From the NCBI GenBank assembly GCA_963848135.1, contig CAWKCK010000012.1:30061-94060 (forward strand): a stretch of 64,000 nt of DNA, in the 5' to 3' direction. Below the pieces are notes generated by a model. The model was not told the origin of the DNA, ran no database searches, and saw only the letters and a program-made list of their open reading frames with translations. Source of the stretch: an uncultured delta proteobacterium. GTDB lineage: Bacteria > Desulfobacterota > Desulfobacteria > Desulfobacterales > SG8-13. The translations under genes were made by a program, and so were the position numbers. Shown piece by piece: positions 43,150 to 54,245 of this stretch. The stretch's first letter is position 1. Each line of letters starts with the position of its first letter.

Positions 43150-44100
43150 TTAACCCGCAGGCCATAATACACACAGATAAGCAGCATATCCAAAGAGCAG
43201 TAACCCCCCTTCCCACCGCTGAAGTTTTAAGTCGGTATACAGAAGCGGCAGTAAAGCAATCGAAAAAGCAACCATGACCCACAAGTCTAATTTTGTAATT
43301 CCCGTTGCCGATAGCGGTTTTACAATGGATGCCACTCCCAGAATGCCAAGGATATTGAAAATATTGGACCCAACAACGTTTCCAACGGCAATATCAGGTT
43401 GGCGGCGCAGTGCCGCAACTACAGAAGTGGCGAGTTCGGGCATACTCGTCCCTGCGGCTATTATGGTCAAACCGATAACTGCCTCGCTTATTCCAAGAAG
43501 ACGGGCAATGTCCGTGGCGGATCCCACCAGGAGGCGAGATCCTGCGACAAGGAGGAAAAGGCCACCGCCAATAAACAATACATCTCGATACAGAGATTTT
43601 GCCTGTGAAGGAACACCATCCTGGAATTGCTGTTCGATTTCAGCGGAAACTCCTTTTTTCGCCATCCCGACGGTAAAGCCGATATAGGCGACAAGCGCGG
43701 TGAAAAGTGCGATACCGATCGGCCGAGATATGGTGCCCTTTGTTATGAGGAATAATGCCAGAAGCGACACGGCAATCATAATCGGGCAATCTTGCCTGAT
43801 GATTTGGAGGCTGACTTTTACCGGGCAAAACAAAGCTGTCAGCCCAAGGATGATACCAATGTTGAATATATTGGAACCCACCAGGTTTCCAATCGAAATA
43901 TCGGCTTGATTGTTCAACGACGCGACTAAACTTACGACGAGTTCCGGAGTGCTCGTGCCAAAGGCGACGATCGTCAGCCCGATGATAAGAGGTGTAAGTC
44001 CTAAGCGGATAGCTAAAGAAGCACTACCACGGACAAGCCCATCGGCACCAAGGGTGAGTGCCGCGAGTCCAAGGATCAAAAGGGAGATATTCCAAACCAT
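43150..44100 (-). CDS. Calcium/sodium antiporter (YrbG family)
   Basis: Duplicated alpha-repeats GTSTPEL/GTSMPEL and GNLVGSNIFN/GNVVGSNIFN. Confidence 0.93.
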   Translation of the reverse strand: MVWNISLLILGLAALTLGADGLVRGSASLAIRLGLTPLIIGLTIVAFGTSTPELVVSLVASLNNQADISIGNLVGSNIFNIGIILGLTALFCPVKVSLQIIRQDCPIMIAVSLLALFLITKGTISRPIGIALFTALVAYIGFTVGMAKKGVSAEIEQQFQDGVPSQAKSLYRDVLFIGGGLFLLVAGSRLLVGSATDIARLLGISEAVIGLTIIAAGTSMPELATSVVAALRRQPDIAVGNVVGSNIFNILGILGVASIVKPLSATGITKLDLWVMVAFSIALLPLLYTDLKLQRWEGGLLLFGYAAYLCVLWPAG

Positions 44101-44598
44101 AGGCAACGACCATTTCATGCCGAGCATGAGCCCATATTCAACTGTCTGTCGTTTAGATACACTTAAACCGATAGATACACCAGCTGCTAAATAACAAGAG
44201 CCCAACGCTCCGAAGAATTATCGTAATGATAGGGCTGATTTTCCGCAATTTCAATCGGATAGTATCAGTGGTTAGTGTGAAAAACGTTCGAATAATGGAA
44301 CGATTTTTTGCAACCACTATAAATTGGTCGCTATATTACGGAGAATGTCTTGCTTGGAATTGTCCTCAGAATTGACGATTACCCGACGTTGACTATGCCA
44401 GGTTCAGGCACCTTTTATCAGCTGAACGACGTCGGTTAATAGTAGGAAGGTTTCGGGCATTGAGTCGGTTTCATGAATATTTTCCACTTTTGGCGCCAAC
44501 ACCCAGAGTTCAAACGCGGTTATCAGAGATTGAAAAAACCTCAGATCCCTATATGACTTGAAAACGTGACATAGGAAGAATAGCCGACACAGATGGCA

Positions 44599-46461
44599 TT
44601 AGATAATCAAACGGACGCCGCCCAGATCCTTAAGGCCGTATATGAAGTGATTGCCTGGTGATCCGATGAACATCAAGTTGGTGGGTATTTCCCATTTCTT
44701 TGACAACTCTTCGATAAGCTTCGGACCGAACGAGCCGATGAGAGCTACGAACTCGATATCGATATTCGGATAGGCTTCATTCAGAAAATCAAGATCCCGC
44801 TTGAGATTGGGCGGTATCTCGCATTCATTACGGACGACGTTCACCACTTTGATTCTATTGGTGTGCTCGTTTTGCCGGACATAGAGCATGGCTCTGTTGA
44901 GATTGGCGAGATTGTCTCCGCGGGTGAAAAAAACGATTTGTTGTGCATTGATATCATCGATTTTGCCGCGAATCATTTGTGTAATTCCCGTCATGCGCTT
45001 GATGAAGAAATGGAGCACGGAACGGACGAGAAACAGGCAGGCTTGCAAAATGGTGATGCGCCCGAGCATTATGGATACCACCAACAGCGCCGGGATGAAA
45101 TACTCCAGGAAGACACCGAGATAGGGAGGGTTCATAATGGCGTTTCCCACCAAACCCGTTATGACTGCGGCAATCGCTACCAAAACCGATACAAGGGAGG
45201 TCGTATGCGGGCGGGGAAGCCCGGAGCGTTTCGTTTTAAGCAAAATATTGCCCAAGGCGAACAGGGCCATGACGGCCAGAAAGGAGATCGTGTAAACACC
45301 CGCTAATGCTTTCAATTCGCCTTCAGTGATCATCAACACGGATACAGCCAGTACAAAAAAAGCGATGATAATCCGGTACGTGGTGCCCCTGCGATTTTTT
45401 TTAAGGAAAAACTGAGGCAGGCAGCGATCCAGTGTCATACGGTGGACCAGCCCGTTGACACCGACATAGCTTGTCAGCACGGCCCCGCTGAGAACCAGGG
45501 CGGCGTCCACGGATATCAGCCGGGACATCCATAGGCCCCCGGACAGGCTGCCCATGTGGGCCAGCAGCGCTTCCTGGTGATTTCCAACCTGTGAAATGGG
45601 TACTAGGGCCAGTGCCAGCAGCGCCATCCCGGGGTTGAACACGGTGACGGCGACCCACATATTTCGCAAGGTCAGCGGGAAGACCTCTTCGGCTTGCTCT
45701 TCCACAAAATTGGCCGAACTTTCAAAGCCGGAAATCCCTAATAGGCTGGCAGCAAAGCCGAAAAACAGGGCCGTAACCAGTCCGCCCTCTGTGGGTGTCA
45801 CAAGGTTCAGTTGTAGGATTTCCAGTCCATGATTAAAGATATACGCTGCTCCGGCCACCAGGAGCAGCGTCAATGTACTCAGGTGGAATATGAAAATCAC
45901 GACGGCGACAGCCGCGGACTCGGTAATGCCGATGATGGTCAACACCATGAAGACGGCCAGTAAGCCGATGGTTGCACTGATCACCGGAAGCTCGGTCCAA
46001 ACCGTATGGACATAGTGCATGGCTTCGCTCGCCGAGATAACGGCCGTGGCCATGTAAGAAAGGATAGTCAGGCAGGCGGCGATGGATGCACGGTATTTGC
46101 TGGTCGTGTTCAGCAGGGCATTATATGCGCCCCCATTCAAAGGTAGGGCCCCAACGACCTCGGCGTAGATGGACCGGTAGAGATACAAGACACCGGCGAC
46201 GAGCAGCAGCACCAGCGGCGCCCATCTTCCTGCGTATAAAATGGCCAGGGCCGATACGTACAGGCATGACGAAGTAATATCATTTCCACAGATGGCCGTC
46301 GCCGGCAATTGCCCCATGCCCCCTTTTTTATGCTCCGTGATGGAGCCTTGGGGTTTTTCACCGGAGGCGCCATTCGAAATTACTTCCTTCGGGCAATCCT
46401 GAGACGCTGGCGCATTCGGGCCGACGAATTCCAGGTCAATAGTCTTTACTTTTTCAGGCAT
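44599..46461 (-). CDS. APC-family permease with cytoplasmic C-terminal domain
   Basis: ICGNDITSSCLY, LPLNGGAY, GISGFESSANFVEEQ; about 12 TM segments. Confidence 0.88.
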   Translation of the reverse strand: MPEKVKTIDLEFVGPNAPASQDCPKEVISNGASGEKPQGSITEHKKGGMGQLPATAICGNDITSSCLYVSALAILYAGRWAPLVLLLVAGVLYLYRSIYAEVVGALPLNGGAYNALLNTTSKYRASIAACLTILSYMATAVISASEAMHYVHTVWTELPVISATIGLLAVFMVLTIIGITESAAVAVVIFIFHLSTLTLLLVAGAAYIFNHGLEILQLNLVTPTEGGLVTALFFGFAASLLGISGFESSANFVEEQAEEVFPLTLRNMWVAVTVFNPGMALLALALVPISQVGNHQEALLAHMGSLSGGLWMSRLISVDAALVLSGAVLTSYVGVNGLVHRMTLDRCLPQFFLKKNRRGTTYRIIIAFFVLAVSVLMITEGELKALAGVYTISFLAVMALFALGNILLKTKRSGLPRPHTTSLVSVLVAIAAVITGLVGNAIMNPPYLGVFLEYFIPALLVVSIMLGRITILQACLFLVRSVLHFFIKRMTGITQMIRGKIDDINAQQIVFFTRGDNLANLNRAMLYVRQNEHTNRIKVVNVVRNECEIPPNLKRDLDFLNEAYPNIDIEFVALIGSFGPKLIEELSKKWEIPTNLMFIGSPGNHFIYGLKDLGGVRLII

Positions 46462-46516
46462 GATACACATCGCCCTAAACAGTCATACCTATGGATAGTT
46501 TCCCAGCATGGATTTA

Positions 46517-46678
46517 AGGCTGTTGAAAAACGAATGCGTTTGACAGTACTGCGTTTATGGCTGAACCGGGGCCCCTTCCCCCGCTTCAGCGAAAATGCTC
46601 ATTTATCACACATAAACCCCGCTTTTTCGTCGGATTTTGCCTTGTCCCGCCGGCGCTCATGACGTTTTTCAACACCCT
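46517..46678. mobile_element. MITE-like element of about 160 bp
   Basis: Terminal IRs AGGCTGTTGAAAAACG and CGTTTTTCAACACCCT; no credible ORF. Confidence 0.6.
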
Positions 46679-46893
46679 GTTAAGCGGGGTGGCTGGCTTT
46701 CCCTCGGGATCCAGGAAATAGGTGGTGATAAAACTGACGTATCGACCAGCCTATGCCAGCGATGTTTGGCAGGAGGAGGAAGTTGGAAGCCTATCCCGAT
46801 TTCATCCGTAACGTTTTCGTTACGCACCCCGACATTTCACATCTAAATATATTTCAAAAACTTAGAAGGTTGGAGACAGTTAGTCGGCCCGGC

Positions 46894-47181
46894 CTAATTT
46901 TCAACCGCTGAATCCACCGTGAAGGTGCTTTTACCGCCATTTTCGGCAATGGTGCCTTTGAGAGTGACCATTTTACCGACCATCTCTGATAGGTTATTCT
47001 GGCCCTCTACGGTATAGAGCTTACCTCCCGACCTTATATGAAGGTCGCCACTAGTATTGTCTTTTTGAATTGCCCCGCGCAGTTCCACAACCGTTGAACC
47101 TCCGGACTGTTGACAAGCCGGCCCCATTGAGACAAAAATAACAAGAAATAGCAGACATAAAAAAAGATTCCATTTTTTCAT
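46894..47181 (-). CDS. Small putative lipoprotein
   Basis: MKKW + hydrophobic core + GPAC; AGGAG RBS. Confidence 0.7.
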   Translation of the reverse strand: MKKWNLFLCLLFLVIFVSMGPACQQSGGSTVVELRGAIQKDNTSGDLHIRSGGKLYTVEGQNNLSEMVGKMVTLKGTIAENGGKSTFTVDSAVEN

Positions 47182-47495
47182 TTTAAACTCCTTGGTTATG
47201 GGGTTGAATACCTCTAAAGGCTACTTAGAACCCGACTTGCACCACGGGTTGACCGAGCTCTTTATAGAATGAAGTGATCGAATACTAATGTTTTCTATTC
47301 GGACGACATTTTCACTCCGGTTCCCTCGGTATTAAAGAAGTTGCGGAACCTTGCGTAGATTGGGTATCAATTTCGCAGACCGTAAAAGCCGGCCAGCTCA
47401 GCCACCCCCTTCCATCTTTAGTCAATTGTAATAGAACACAAAATACGGCCAGTAACCCAAGCGGTCGTTCTGTTCGAAAAGTGACGATCTAAGGC

Positions 47496-47924
47496 TCACC
47501 ATCCCATGGTCCTCAAAACTTTTTTCACTTTCTCTTCGATTTGTTTTTCGACGATAATCATCTTCTTGGCATGGGCCTTCTTGATTTTTTCTGTCAGCTG
47601 TGAAAGGTCGGCCGGTTTTTCCAGAAAATCGATAGCGCCGAGCTTCATGGCCTCGATGCCCTTATCTACTGTCGCATGGCCCGTCAACAAGATGACCTGT
47701 GATTCCGGTTTTTTCTCTTTAATCAGTTTGAGGGCTTCGAGGCCGTCCATTTCAGGCATCATCAAATCCACAATGATGGCATCAAATGATTCATTCTCCG
47801 CAATTCGAATTGCTTCGGTGGCGGATGTGGCCGTGGAGACTTCGATCCCCCGGCTTGTCATCCGTTCGGCCAGAACTTCTAAAAAATCCTCCTCGTCATC
47901 GACGAGCAACACTTTCTCCGTCAT
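47496..47924 (-). CDS. Single-domain response regulator
   Basis: VLLVDDE, VDLMMP, LTGH, FLEKP. Confidence 0.92.
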   Translation of the reverse strand: MTEKVLLVDDEEDFLEVLAERMTSRGIEVSTATSATEAIRIAENESFDAIIVDLMMPEMDGLEALKLIKEKKPESQVILLTGHATVDKGIEAMKLGAIDFLEKPADLSQLTEKIKKAHAKKMIIVEKQIEEKVKKVLRTMGW

Positions 47925-47996
47925 GGTTCGGCTCCTTTTCATGTTCTTTGATTGATGTTTTACCCTGACAATTTTTCATCGGTTTTAAGGTGGTCG

Positions 47997-48653
47997 TCAT
48001 GGATCGGAGAGATCCAATGCAACGGATTCGGCTTCAGCATCAATGATGAAATCCGCCGTGAGATTCTCCAACAGGTCAGGGATTTGTGATGACGGAAATG
48101 AATCGCTCGGCATACGGTCAATCCCAGGTAGCGGTGAGAAGTAAATCCGGACACCCGTATCGGTTTTCTCCGGTTTCAGTTCAATGCGCTGGCCTTGCCC
48201 GGCGGCTTCCATGGCAAACTCCAGGCACAGAAACAGTGCATTCAGCAGCGAAAACGGAGATGCCTGAATATTCATCGATTCCGGATGTCCTCCGATATCC
48301 ATGGCCATCCCTCGCAGGGCGGTGAATCGTACCGACAAAAGAGCAAACAGCTGCAGGATTTCGCCTAAATTTACGGTTTTTACCGGGTCGTCGACACTGT
48401 GAGCTAAGCAATTCATGGTTTTCAGCAGGGTATCCGCCCGTTTCACCTGATCTGTGATTCTCGTGGAAAGTTTGTCGAGCTGCTCAGGGTTCAACGGCCG
48501 CCCCCGGGCCGCCATTTCAATGTAGTCTGTCATCAGCCCTGCATTTTCATTAATGGTCGCCAGAGCGTTTTTGATTTCATGGGTGACCGAAGCCGTGATT
48601 TTCCCAAAGAACCTTAATCCCTTGTCATTTGATATCTGTGCTTTCTGGTTCAC
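47997..48653 (-). CDS. Cytoplasmic histidine-kinase-like protein with H-box and degenerate ATPase domain
   Basis: ASVTHEIKNALA present; no recognisable DxGxG or GxGLGL boxes; GTG start overlaps the upstream stop. Confidence 0.75.
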   Translation of the reverse strand: MNQKAQISNDKGLRFFGKITASVTHEIKNALATINENAGLMTDYIEMAARGRPLNPEQLDKLSTRITDQVKRADTLLKTMNCLAHSVDDPVKTVNLGEILQLFALLSVRFTALRGMAMDIGGHPESMNIQASPFSLLNALFLCLEFAMEAAGQGQRIELKPEKTDTGVRIYFSPLPGIDRMPSDSFPSSQIPDLLENLTADFIIDAEAESVALDLSDP

Positions 48654-49024
48654 GCGCCACCTCTTTTATTATCGAGCAGTTCATGCATTCTGCCGAGCAG
48701 GACGTCAATGTCTACCGGTTTAACCAGGTAGTCGGACGTGCTCACCTTTGTGGTCGCCGACGCAAAATCTTTTTCAGAACCATAGCCGGTCAAGAAAATA
48801 AATTTCATGTCGGGACATTTGGCATGAAGTTTTTCTCTAAGGGCCAGTCCGCTTATTTTGGGCATCTTCATATCAAGCACGGCCAGGTCGAAACATACGG
48901 CCTCCACTCTTTGCAGTGCGTCGGTACCCGTTGTGAACCATTCAGCCTCGATATCGCGCATTAATAATCGCTCTGCCAGAGCCGAAACCAATTCCTCTTC
49001 GTCATCTACGAGTAGCACACGCAT
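48650..49024 (-). CDS. Single-domain response regulator
   Basis: MRVLLVDDE, LDMKMP, LTGY, YLVKP. Confidence 0.92.
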   Translation of the reverse strand: MRVLLVDDEEELVSALAERLLMRDIEAEWFTTGTDALQRVEAVCFDLAVLDMKMPKISGLALREKLHAKCPDMKFIFLTGYGSEKDFASATTKVSTSDYLVKPVDIDVLLGRMHELLDNKRGGA

Positions 49025-50769
49025 GCATTTGCCCCTTCCTCGTTCGTCAATTTTAACGGCAAGACGATGGTAAAGCATGTCCCTTTACCAACTTCACTAT
49101 CGACCGCAATCTGACCGTCGATTTCATGCGTCAGATTGTACGTGATGGATAGTCCTAGACCGGTGCCACCTTGTCCGGTTTTGGTCGAGAAAAATGGTTC
49201 GAATATTCGTTGCAGGTCTGGCTTCGAGATACCACATCCGTCGTCACAGATACGGATTTCGACCTTTTTCATTCCGGAGCGGTTGATTTGGATCTTCAAT
49301 CGACCGCCATCACACATGGCGGCGAAGGCGTTATTGATGATATTTAAGAATATTTGCTCCAGCTTGCCCCGGTCGGTTTCGATGGACGGTATGTCCGCGA
49401 GTGCTTCCACGTGGATATCTATGTTACGGTGTTCGGCCTCCTTGTGCAGAAAACTCAGGACTTCCCGGATTGTTTCTTGCAGTTGAACGGTTTCGATTTT
49501 AGCCTCCAGATTGCGTGCAAAGGTCAGGAGCCTTTTGGTAATCTTCCCGGCCCGCTTGACCGAACTGAGCACCGAATCAACCAGGCCAATGAGCTTCGTG
49601 TCCCCGGCGTATAGCTGTTTTATTGTGAAGAGGTCCTTGATGAGTCCTGCCTTTTCATTGATGACCGCCAGGGGGTTGTTGATTTCGTGTGCGACGCTGG
49701 CCGCCATGCGTCCGATCGAGGCCATTTTATTGGCATACTCCATTTGGTGCAGGATCATGAGCCGGCGTTCATCGGCAGCATAAACTTTGTTTACCATGAA
49801 GGTGACCATGCCGACGATAACGGCGAGGATGATAGTGACGCTGACCAGCAGGAAAATAATGATTTCCAGGTGTGTCTTGGTCAACGGTTTCATGAGCTCG
49901 TTTTTCTGTTTGACGATCATCAGGATAAGGGGGGTCTCCGCAATGAACCGGTAACCGATGAAAAGTGGTTCACCATCAACACTTTTCCCCTCGTGCACCT
50001 GTGTGGCGTCGGAATATACCGGGACAGGCAGGGCGATTTTTTCCAGGATCCGGCCGTGGTAGCGCGAATTGGACTGAAGAATCCCATCGCGATTGATGAT
50101 AAAAGCATCACCCAGACCGCCCAATTCGAGGTTTGCCAAAAGTTCATTAAACGGCTCTATAGCGATAGACGCCCTGAGGACAAAGAACGAACCGCCAGGC
50201 GTTTTCTTTTTCACGGCGATGACCAAATGCGGAACATGGCGATAACCCAGGAAGACATCGCTGGTGAAGGCCCCACGCTTGATAACCTGTTTGAACCAGG
50301 GTTGATCGTTATAATCTTTGTCCTGGAGTCCGTAGGGACCAGCATAGGCCTTCTGCTTGCCGTCGGATTCGATCAACCCCAGGTCCACGAATCCACCACC
50401 GAAACTGCGTTTAAGATTTTCCAGGATTGCGAAAAGCCGGATGGGATCTTGCAGGACCTCGGCGCTGTTGTCATGAACAATGAATTCGAGCGCTGACCGG
50501 CGTTCTGTCAGAAAGAAAGAGATCGCCCGCTGGGTGTTAGAGACAGTTCGCGACGTTCGCAACAGCCATTCGGACCCCATGGCCTGGCCGGTGAAACGGT
50601 AATTGACCAAGGTAATAAAAATGAGCGGTAAAAGCGTCACGATACCTGTCAGAAGAATCGCGTCTTTCCATATACGACGGTAGTTGAAGAGATACTCCGA
50701 CGCACCGGGAGCTGCTATTCGGACGTTTTTTTCCCAGAAAAGCGGTTTCAGGTTTACCAGGCCAAACAT
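49006..50769 (-). CDS. Membrane sensor histidine kinase with periplasmic Cache-like domain
   Basis: Two TM segments; AHEINNPL, QIFLNIINNA, DDGCG, FEPFFSTK, GTGLGL. Confidence 0.95.
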   Translation of the reverse strand: MFGLVNLKPLFWEKNVRIAAPGASEYLFNYRRIWKDAILLTGIVTLLPLIFITLVNYRFTGQAMGSEWLLRTSRTVSNTQRAISFFLTERRSALEFIVHDNSAEVLQDPIRLFAILENLKRSFGGGFVDLGLIESDGKQKAYAGPYGLQDKDYNDQPWFKQVIKRGAFTSDVFLGYRHVPHLVIAVKKKTPGGSFFVLRASIAIEPFNELLANLELGGLGDAFIINRDGILQSNSRYHGRILEKIALPVPVYSDATQVHEGKSVDGEPLFIGYRFIAETPLILMIVKQKNELMKPLTKTHLEIIIFLLVSVTIILAVIVGMVTFMVNKVYAADERRLMILHQMEYANKMASIGRMAASVAHEINNPLAVINEKAGLIKDLFTIKQLYAGDTKLIGLVDSVLSSVKRAGKITKRLLTFARNLEAKIETVQLQETIREVLSFLHKEAEHRNIDIHVEALADIPSIETDRGKLEQIFLNIINNAFAAMCDGGRLKIQINRSGMKKVEIRICDDGCGISKPDLQRIFEPFFSTKTGQGGTGLGLSITYNLTHEIDGQIAVDSEVGKGTCFTIVLPLKLTNEEGANACVCYS

Positions 50770-50861
50770 AAGGGCTCCAGTGTCTATTTACCGGTTAAAA
50801 TGCACTCTGTTGCACTACTTTAACGGCAGATTTTCTGGCTGTTTTCCACCGGGAACCGTTT

Positions 50862-52085
50862 CTATTCATTCTGTTTCCGACGAATCTGTTCATGGGCGGC
50901 TTTAATGGTGGCACTCAACTCGTCAATGTCGACCGGTTTTTGCAGGTATGCGAAAGCGCCCAGCTCCATGCAAACGGTTCTGTCGGCTTCCGACCCATGA
51001 CCGGTCAATATGATGACCTCGATGGCCGGCTGAGTCTCTTTGACTCGGCGCAGCACCTCGATGCCGTCGATGCCGGGCATCTTGAGATCGAGAATCATGA
51101 CGTCCGGTTCGTCATGCCTGGCGACTTCAAGGGCCGACTCGCCGTCGTATGCCACGGCTGAACCTAAGTCCCGCATCATCAATCTTTCCGACAACGTTTG
51201 AACGAACTCCCGCTCGTCGTCTACAAGCAGGATTTTTGAAGGCACCTCAAAATCCTGGCGGCGGTAAATGTCCGCCTGGTAGTATCCCGCACCGACTTTT
51301 GTTTCCACGTGAGAAACCCCCTTCACTTTATCGGCAATCGATTTCAGCTCGCTTTCCAAACGGCTGAGCATCAACACATGCTTGTCAATGGACAGGGTAA
51401 CATGACCCGATCGGACCTTGACACCAACGCTATGGCCCTCTTCGGCCAACGCGGTTTCCACCCTGGATGCCAGGAAAAAGTCGTCCATAGCTCTTTTAGA
51501 CCGTGTGGTGGGACGGACCACGTCTTTCTCTACGTTTTCCCGGATGCCTTTGGCAATTTCCATTGGGGTCATTTTATCCGTCGGGAAAACGATATCATAC
51601 AAAGAATTTTCCCAGGGATCTTTGATGTCTGAAAGCATATGCAACCAGGCACCGCGGTCTTCATCTCCATGGCGGATGATTTTAACCGCTTCCTGCTCGG
51701 AGACTTCGAGCTCCCGGGCCGCTGCCGCAATCCTCGTTTTCATGTCAGCGATGAGGCAGACCCAGAGCACATGGCTTATGTCTCTCGGGATGAGTTGGCC
51801 GGAATATCCGAAAATCATCAATTTGTCTCTATCGGAGAGTTGCTCGGCCAATGCCTGGCGCAGGTAGGAAATAGAGCGCTCCCTTTCGTGGGTAAATTTA
51901 TTGAAAACCGAAGTCTTGGCGGAAAAAGCGCGTTGTATTTTTGTCTCCGGCATACCGGATAGGCGGCTCGCTTGGGAAACCAGTTCATTATCTGTAATTT
52001 GATCGTAACCGGTTTGTGTGCAAACTTCCCGGACGGTCTGCTGTTCGTTGCAGAAATCACCGCTGAATATTGTGATCACGGGCAT
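50862..52085 (-). CDS. Cytidylate-kinase-like + BON-like + receiver domain protein
   Basis: VITIFSG...LIADMKTRI...DEDR...YDIVF N-terminal domain; short beta-rich middle domain; ILLVDDE/LDLKMP/LQKP. Confidence 0.82.
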   Translation of the reverse strand: MPVITIFSGDFCNEQQTVREVCTQTGYDQITDNELVSQASRLSGMPETKIQRAFSAKTSVFNKFTHERERSISYLRQALAEQLSDRDKLMIFGYSGQLIPRDISHVLWVCLIADMKTRIAAAARELEVSEQEAVKIIRHGDEDRGAWLHMLSDIKDPWENSLYDIVFPTDKMTPMEIAKGIRENVEKDVVRPTTRSKRAMDDFFLASRVETALAEEGHSVGVKVRSGHVTLSIDKHVLMLSRLESELKSIADKVKGVSHVETKVGAGYYQADIYRRQDFEVPSKILLVDDEREFVQTLSERLMMRDLGSAVAYDGESALEVARHDEPDVMILDLKMPGIDGIEVLRRVKETQPAIEVIILTGHGSEADRTVCMELGAFAYLQKPVDIDELSATIKAAHEQIRRKQNE

Positions 52086-52102
52086 GATCTTTCCCTTCTT
52101 GT

Positions 52103-54235
52103 TTAATTTTTTACCAGAAGGCAAGTCGTTAAAAGTGGACAGGTTTCTTCGAGAGCCTCACTGTGAGCATTAACGTGGATGGTGTCGATGGCCCTTTCCA
52201 TGGTCGGAAACAAGTGGTCCTTTCCCAGTTTGGACGAAAAATGCGTACGGTTGAAAACTTTCATTACCGATTCATTAATACCGCTCATGGAAATATCGAC
52301 CCCGGCGCTCCTGACTCGGTCCACCAACAGGGAAATGGTTTCCTCGCCGGAGGCATCGATGTCGTTGATCCCGTTTGATACAATGATAAGATGTTTAAGC
52401 TTGGGCTTGGCCGTCATGATAGCGGTAACCTTGTCTTCGAGATAGCTGGCGTTGGCGAAAAAAAGCGGACCGTCGAAGCGCACCAAAGCTACATATTCGC
52501 ATTCCTTCAGCCCGTGAGTTTCCGCACATCGAAGATGATCGTCTTGAGCCCGGGCCAGCGATACCACAGTGGGGCGCATGCTCTTGTAGAGAAAAACCGC
52601 CAGGGAAAGTAGGACCCCGATCATGATCCCTTTATCCAGGTGGGGCGCAAAGGCCAGTGTGCCGACGAAAGTAATTATTGAAATCGCACCGTCATACCAT
52701 TTGGCCTCCCAGGCGTGGATAAATCCGGACACGTTGACAAGGCCGATAACCGCCATCATAATGACTGCGGCTAATACCGCTTGGGGTAAGTGGTAGAGCA
52801 AGGGGGTGAAGAAAAGAAGTACGATGATTACCGCCATGCTGGTGAAAACACTCGACAGGCCTGAGATCGCTCCGGCCTGCAGGTTGACGGCCGAACGGGA
52901 AAAAGATCCCGATGTCGGATAGCTTTTACCAATGGCACCGAAAATGTTGGCCAGCCCCTGGCCGATGAGTTCCTGGTTGGGATCGAGCCTTTGACCGGTC
53001 TTTCCGGCCATGGCCTTGGCGATGGATATCGCTTCCATAAATCCCAGTAAAGAGATGATGGCTGCAAATGGCAGAAGATGAAGCATTATACCCAGATCGA
53101 TGTTTGGAACACTCAGGGCCGGCAGACCCTGGGGAATACTTCCGACGACCGCACCACCGCCCATCATAGTCAGGTGTTCGATATCGAGTGGGGTGTTACC
53201 GATTTTGACACGCCAGGTTCGCCCGTCAGTTTTAAGTCCCACGGGAACCCTTTCTTGGGGGATGAACCGCTGCTCGCCATCGGCCTGAGTGATGCCGGTG
53301 AATAGGAGGTTGCGAAGGCTTTCCCTGCTTGAATGCGCCTCATGTTTCAAACGCGCGATGTTGACATTTAAGACGCTGATATCGTGTTGCGCATCGAGAA
53401 CACCGACCGGATCGTGTTTCCGTTCTGCCGTTCCCAGATCGTTCCTTAAAAGCGTTCGTTCTTTGGACAGGGTTGGAATCTTTCCTATGGCCTGGTTGAA
53501 TGATTCCATCAGGTGTTGAGCCTCGGAGGAATCGATCGCGGCTATACTGGCTATCTGGTTGTGTTCGTAACCGAAGCCCCAGGATATGAGGATCGACAAA
53601 ACCACGGCCACGAGAACGTTGGGGATGCGCGGCGAAAGCCATTTGAGGCCGTACATCACCACGAAGGCAAAGATTCCCATCAATAGGGTCGGCCAATGCG
53701 TATAGTGGACAGCGGACTGGAAAACATGCAGTATGGTTTCATAGTGATGGGGAGCCGTATCGACATAGACGCCGAACATTTTGGAAAGCTGAGAAGAAGC
53801 GATAATAATGGCCGCTGCATTGGTAAATCCGTTGACAACCGGATGGGAGAGGAAATTCACCACCAGTCCCAACCGGAGAATCCCCAGCGCCAGCTGGAAC
53901 AGCCCGACCATCAAAGCCAGCAAAATTGCATATGCAATGTATCCTTCGCTGCCAACGGTAGCTAAGGGGGCGAGAGATGCTGAGGTCATCAATGAGACCA
54001 CCGCAACCGGACCCGTGGCCAATTGGCGGCTGGAACCGAACAGCGAAGCGATCATCGGCGGCAAGAAAGAGGCATATAGTCCGTAATAGGCCGGCAAGCC
54101 GGCCAATTGTGCATATGCCATGGATTGGGGGATGAGAACCAATGCCACCGTCAGGCCTGACAGGGCGTCTATCCTCAGGGTAGCAATATTGTAGTTACGG
54201 AACCAGCTGATAAAAGGAAATATTTTGACCCACAT
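52103..54235 (-). CDS. SulP/SLC26 anion transporter with STAS domain and large insertion
   Basis: GLTVALVLIPQSMAYA, GSSRQLATGP, NQELIGQG, GSFSRSA; STAS DGPLFFAN and IDASG. Confidence 0.95.
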   Translation of the reverse strand: MWVKIFPFISWFRNYNIATLRIDALSGLTVALVLIPQSMAYAQLAGLPAYYGLYASFLPPMIASLFGSSRQLATGPVAVVSLMTSASLAPLATVGSEGYIAYAILLALMVGLFQLALGILRLGLVVNFLSHPVVNGFTNAAAIIIASSQLSKMFGVYVDTAPHHYETILHVFQSAVHYTHWPTLLMGIFAFVVMYGLKWLSPRIPNVLVAVVLSILISWGFGYEHNQIASIAAIDSSEAQHLMESFNQAIGKIPTLSKERTLLRNDLGTAERKHDPVGVLDAQHDISVLNVNIARLKHEAHSSRESLRNLLFTGITQADGEQRFIPQERVPVGLKTDGRTWRVKIGNTPLDIEHLTMMGGGAVVGSIPQGLPALSVPNIDLGIMLHLLPFAAIISLLGFMEAISIAKAMAGKTGQRLDPNQELIGQGLANIFGAIGKSYPTSGSFSRSAVNLQAGAISGLSSVFTSMAVIIVLLFFTPLLYHLPQAVLAAVIMMAVIGLVNVSGFIHAWEAKWYDGAISIITFVGTLAFAPHLDKGIMIGVLLSLAVFLYKSMRPTVVSLARAQDDHLRCAETHGLKECEYVALVRFDGPLFFANASYLEDKVTAIMTAKPKLKHLIIVSNGINDIDASGEETISLLVDRVRSAGVDISMSGINESVMKVFNRTHFSSKLGKDHLFPTMERAIDTIHVNAHSEALEETCPLLTTCLLVKN

Positions 54236-54245
54236 GTGACCGCTC

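Noticed and set aside
47367-47413. Minus-strand stretch resembling the 5' half of a tRNA-Ser (GGGGTGGCTGAGCTGGCCG...GGTCT)
   Set aside because: No T-arm GTTCRA, acceptor-stem partner or CCA. At most a degenerate relic; tRNAscan-SE would settle it.
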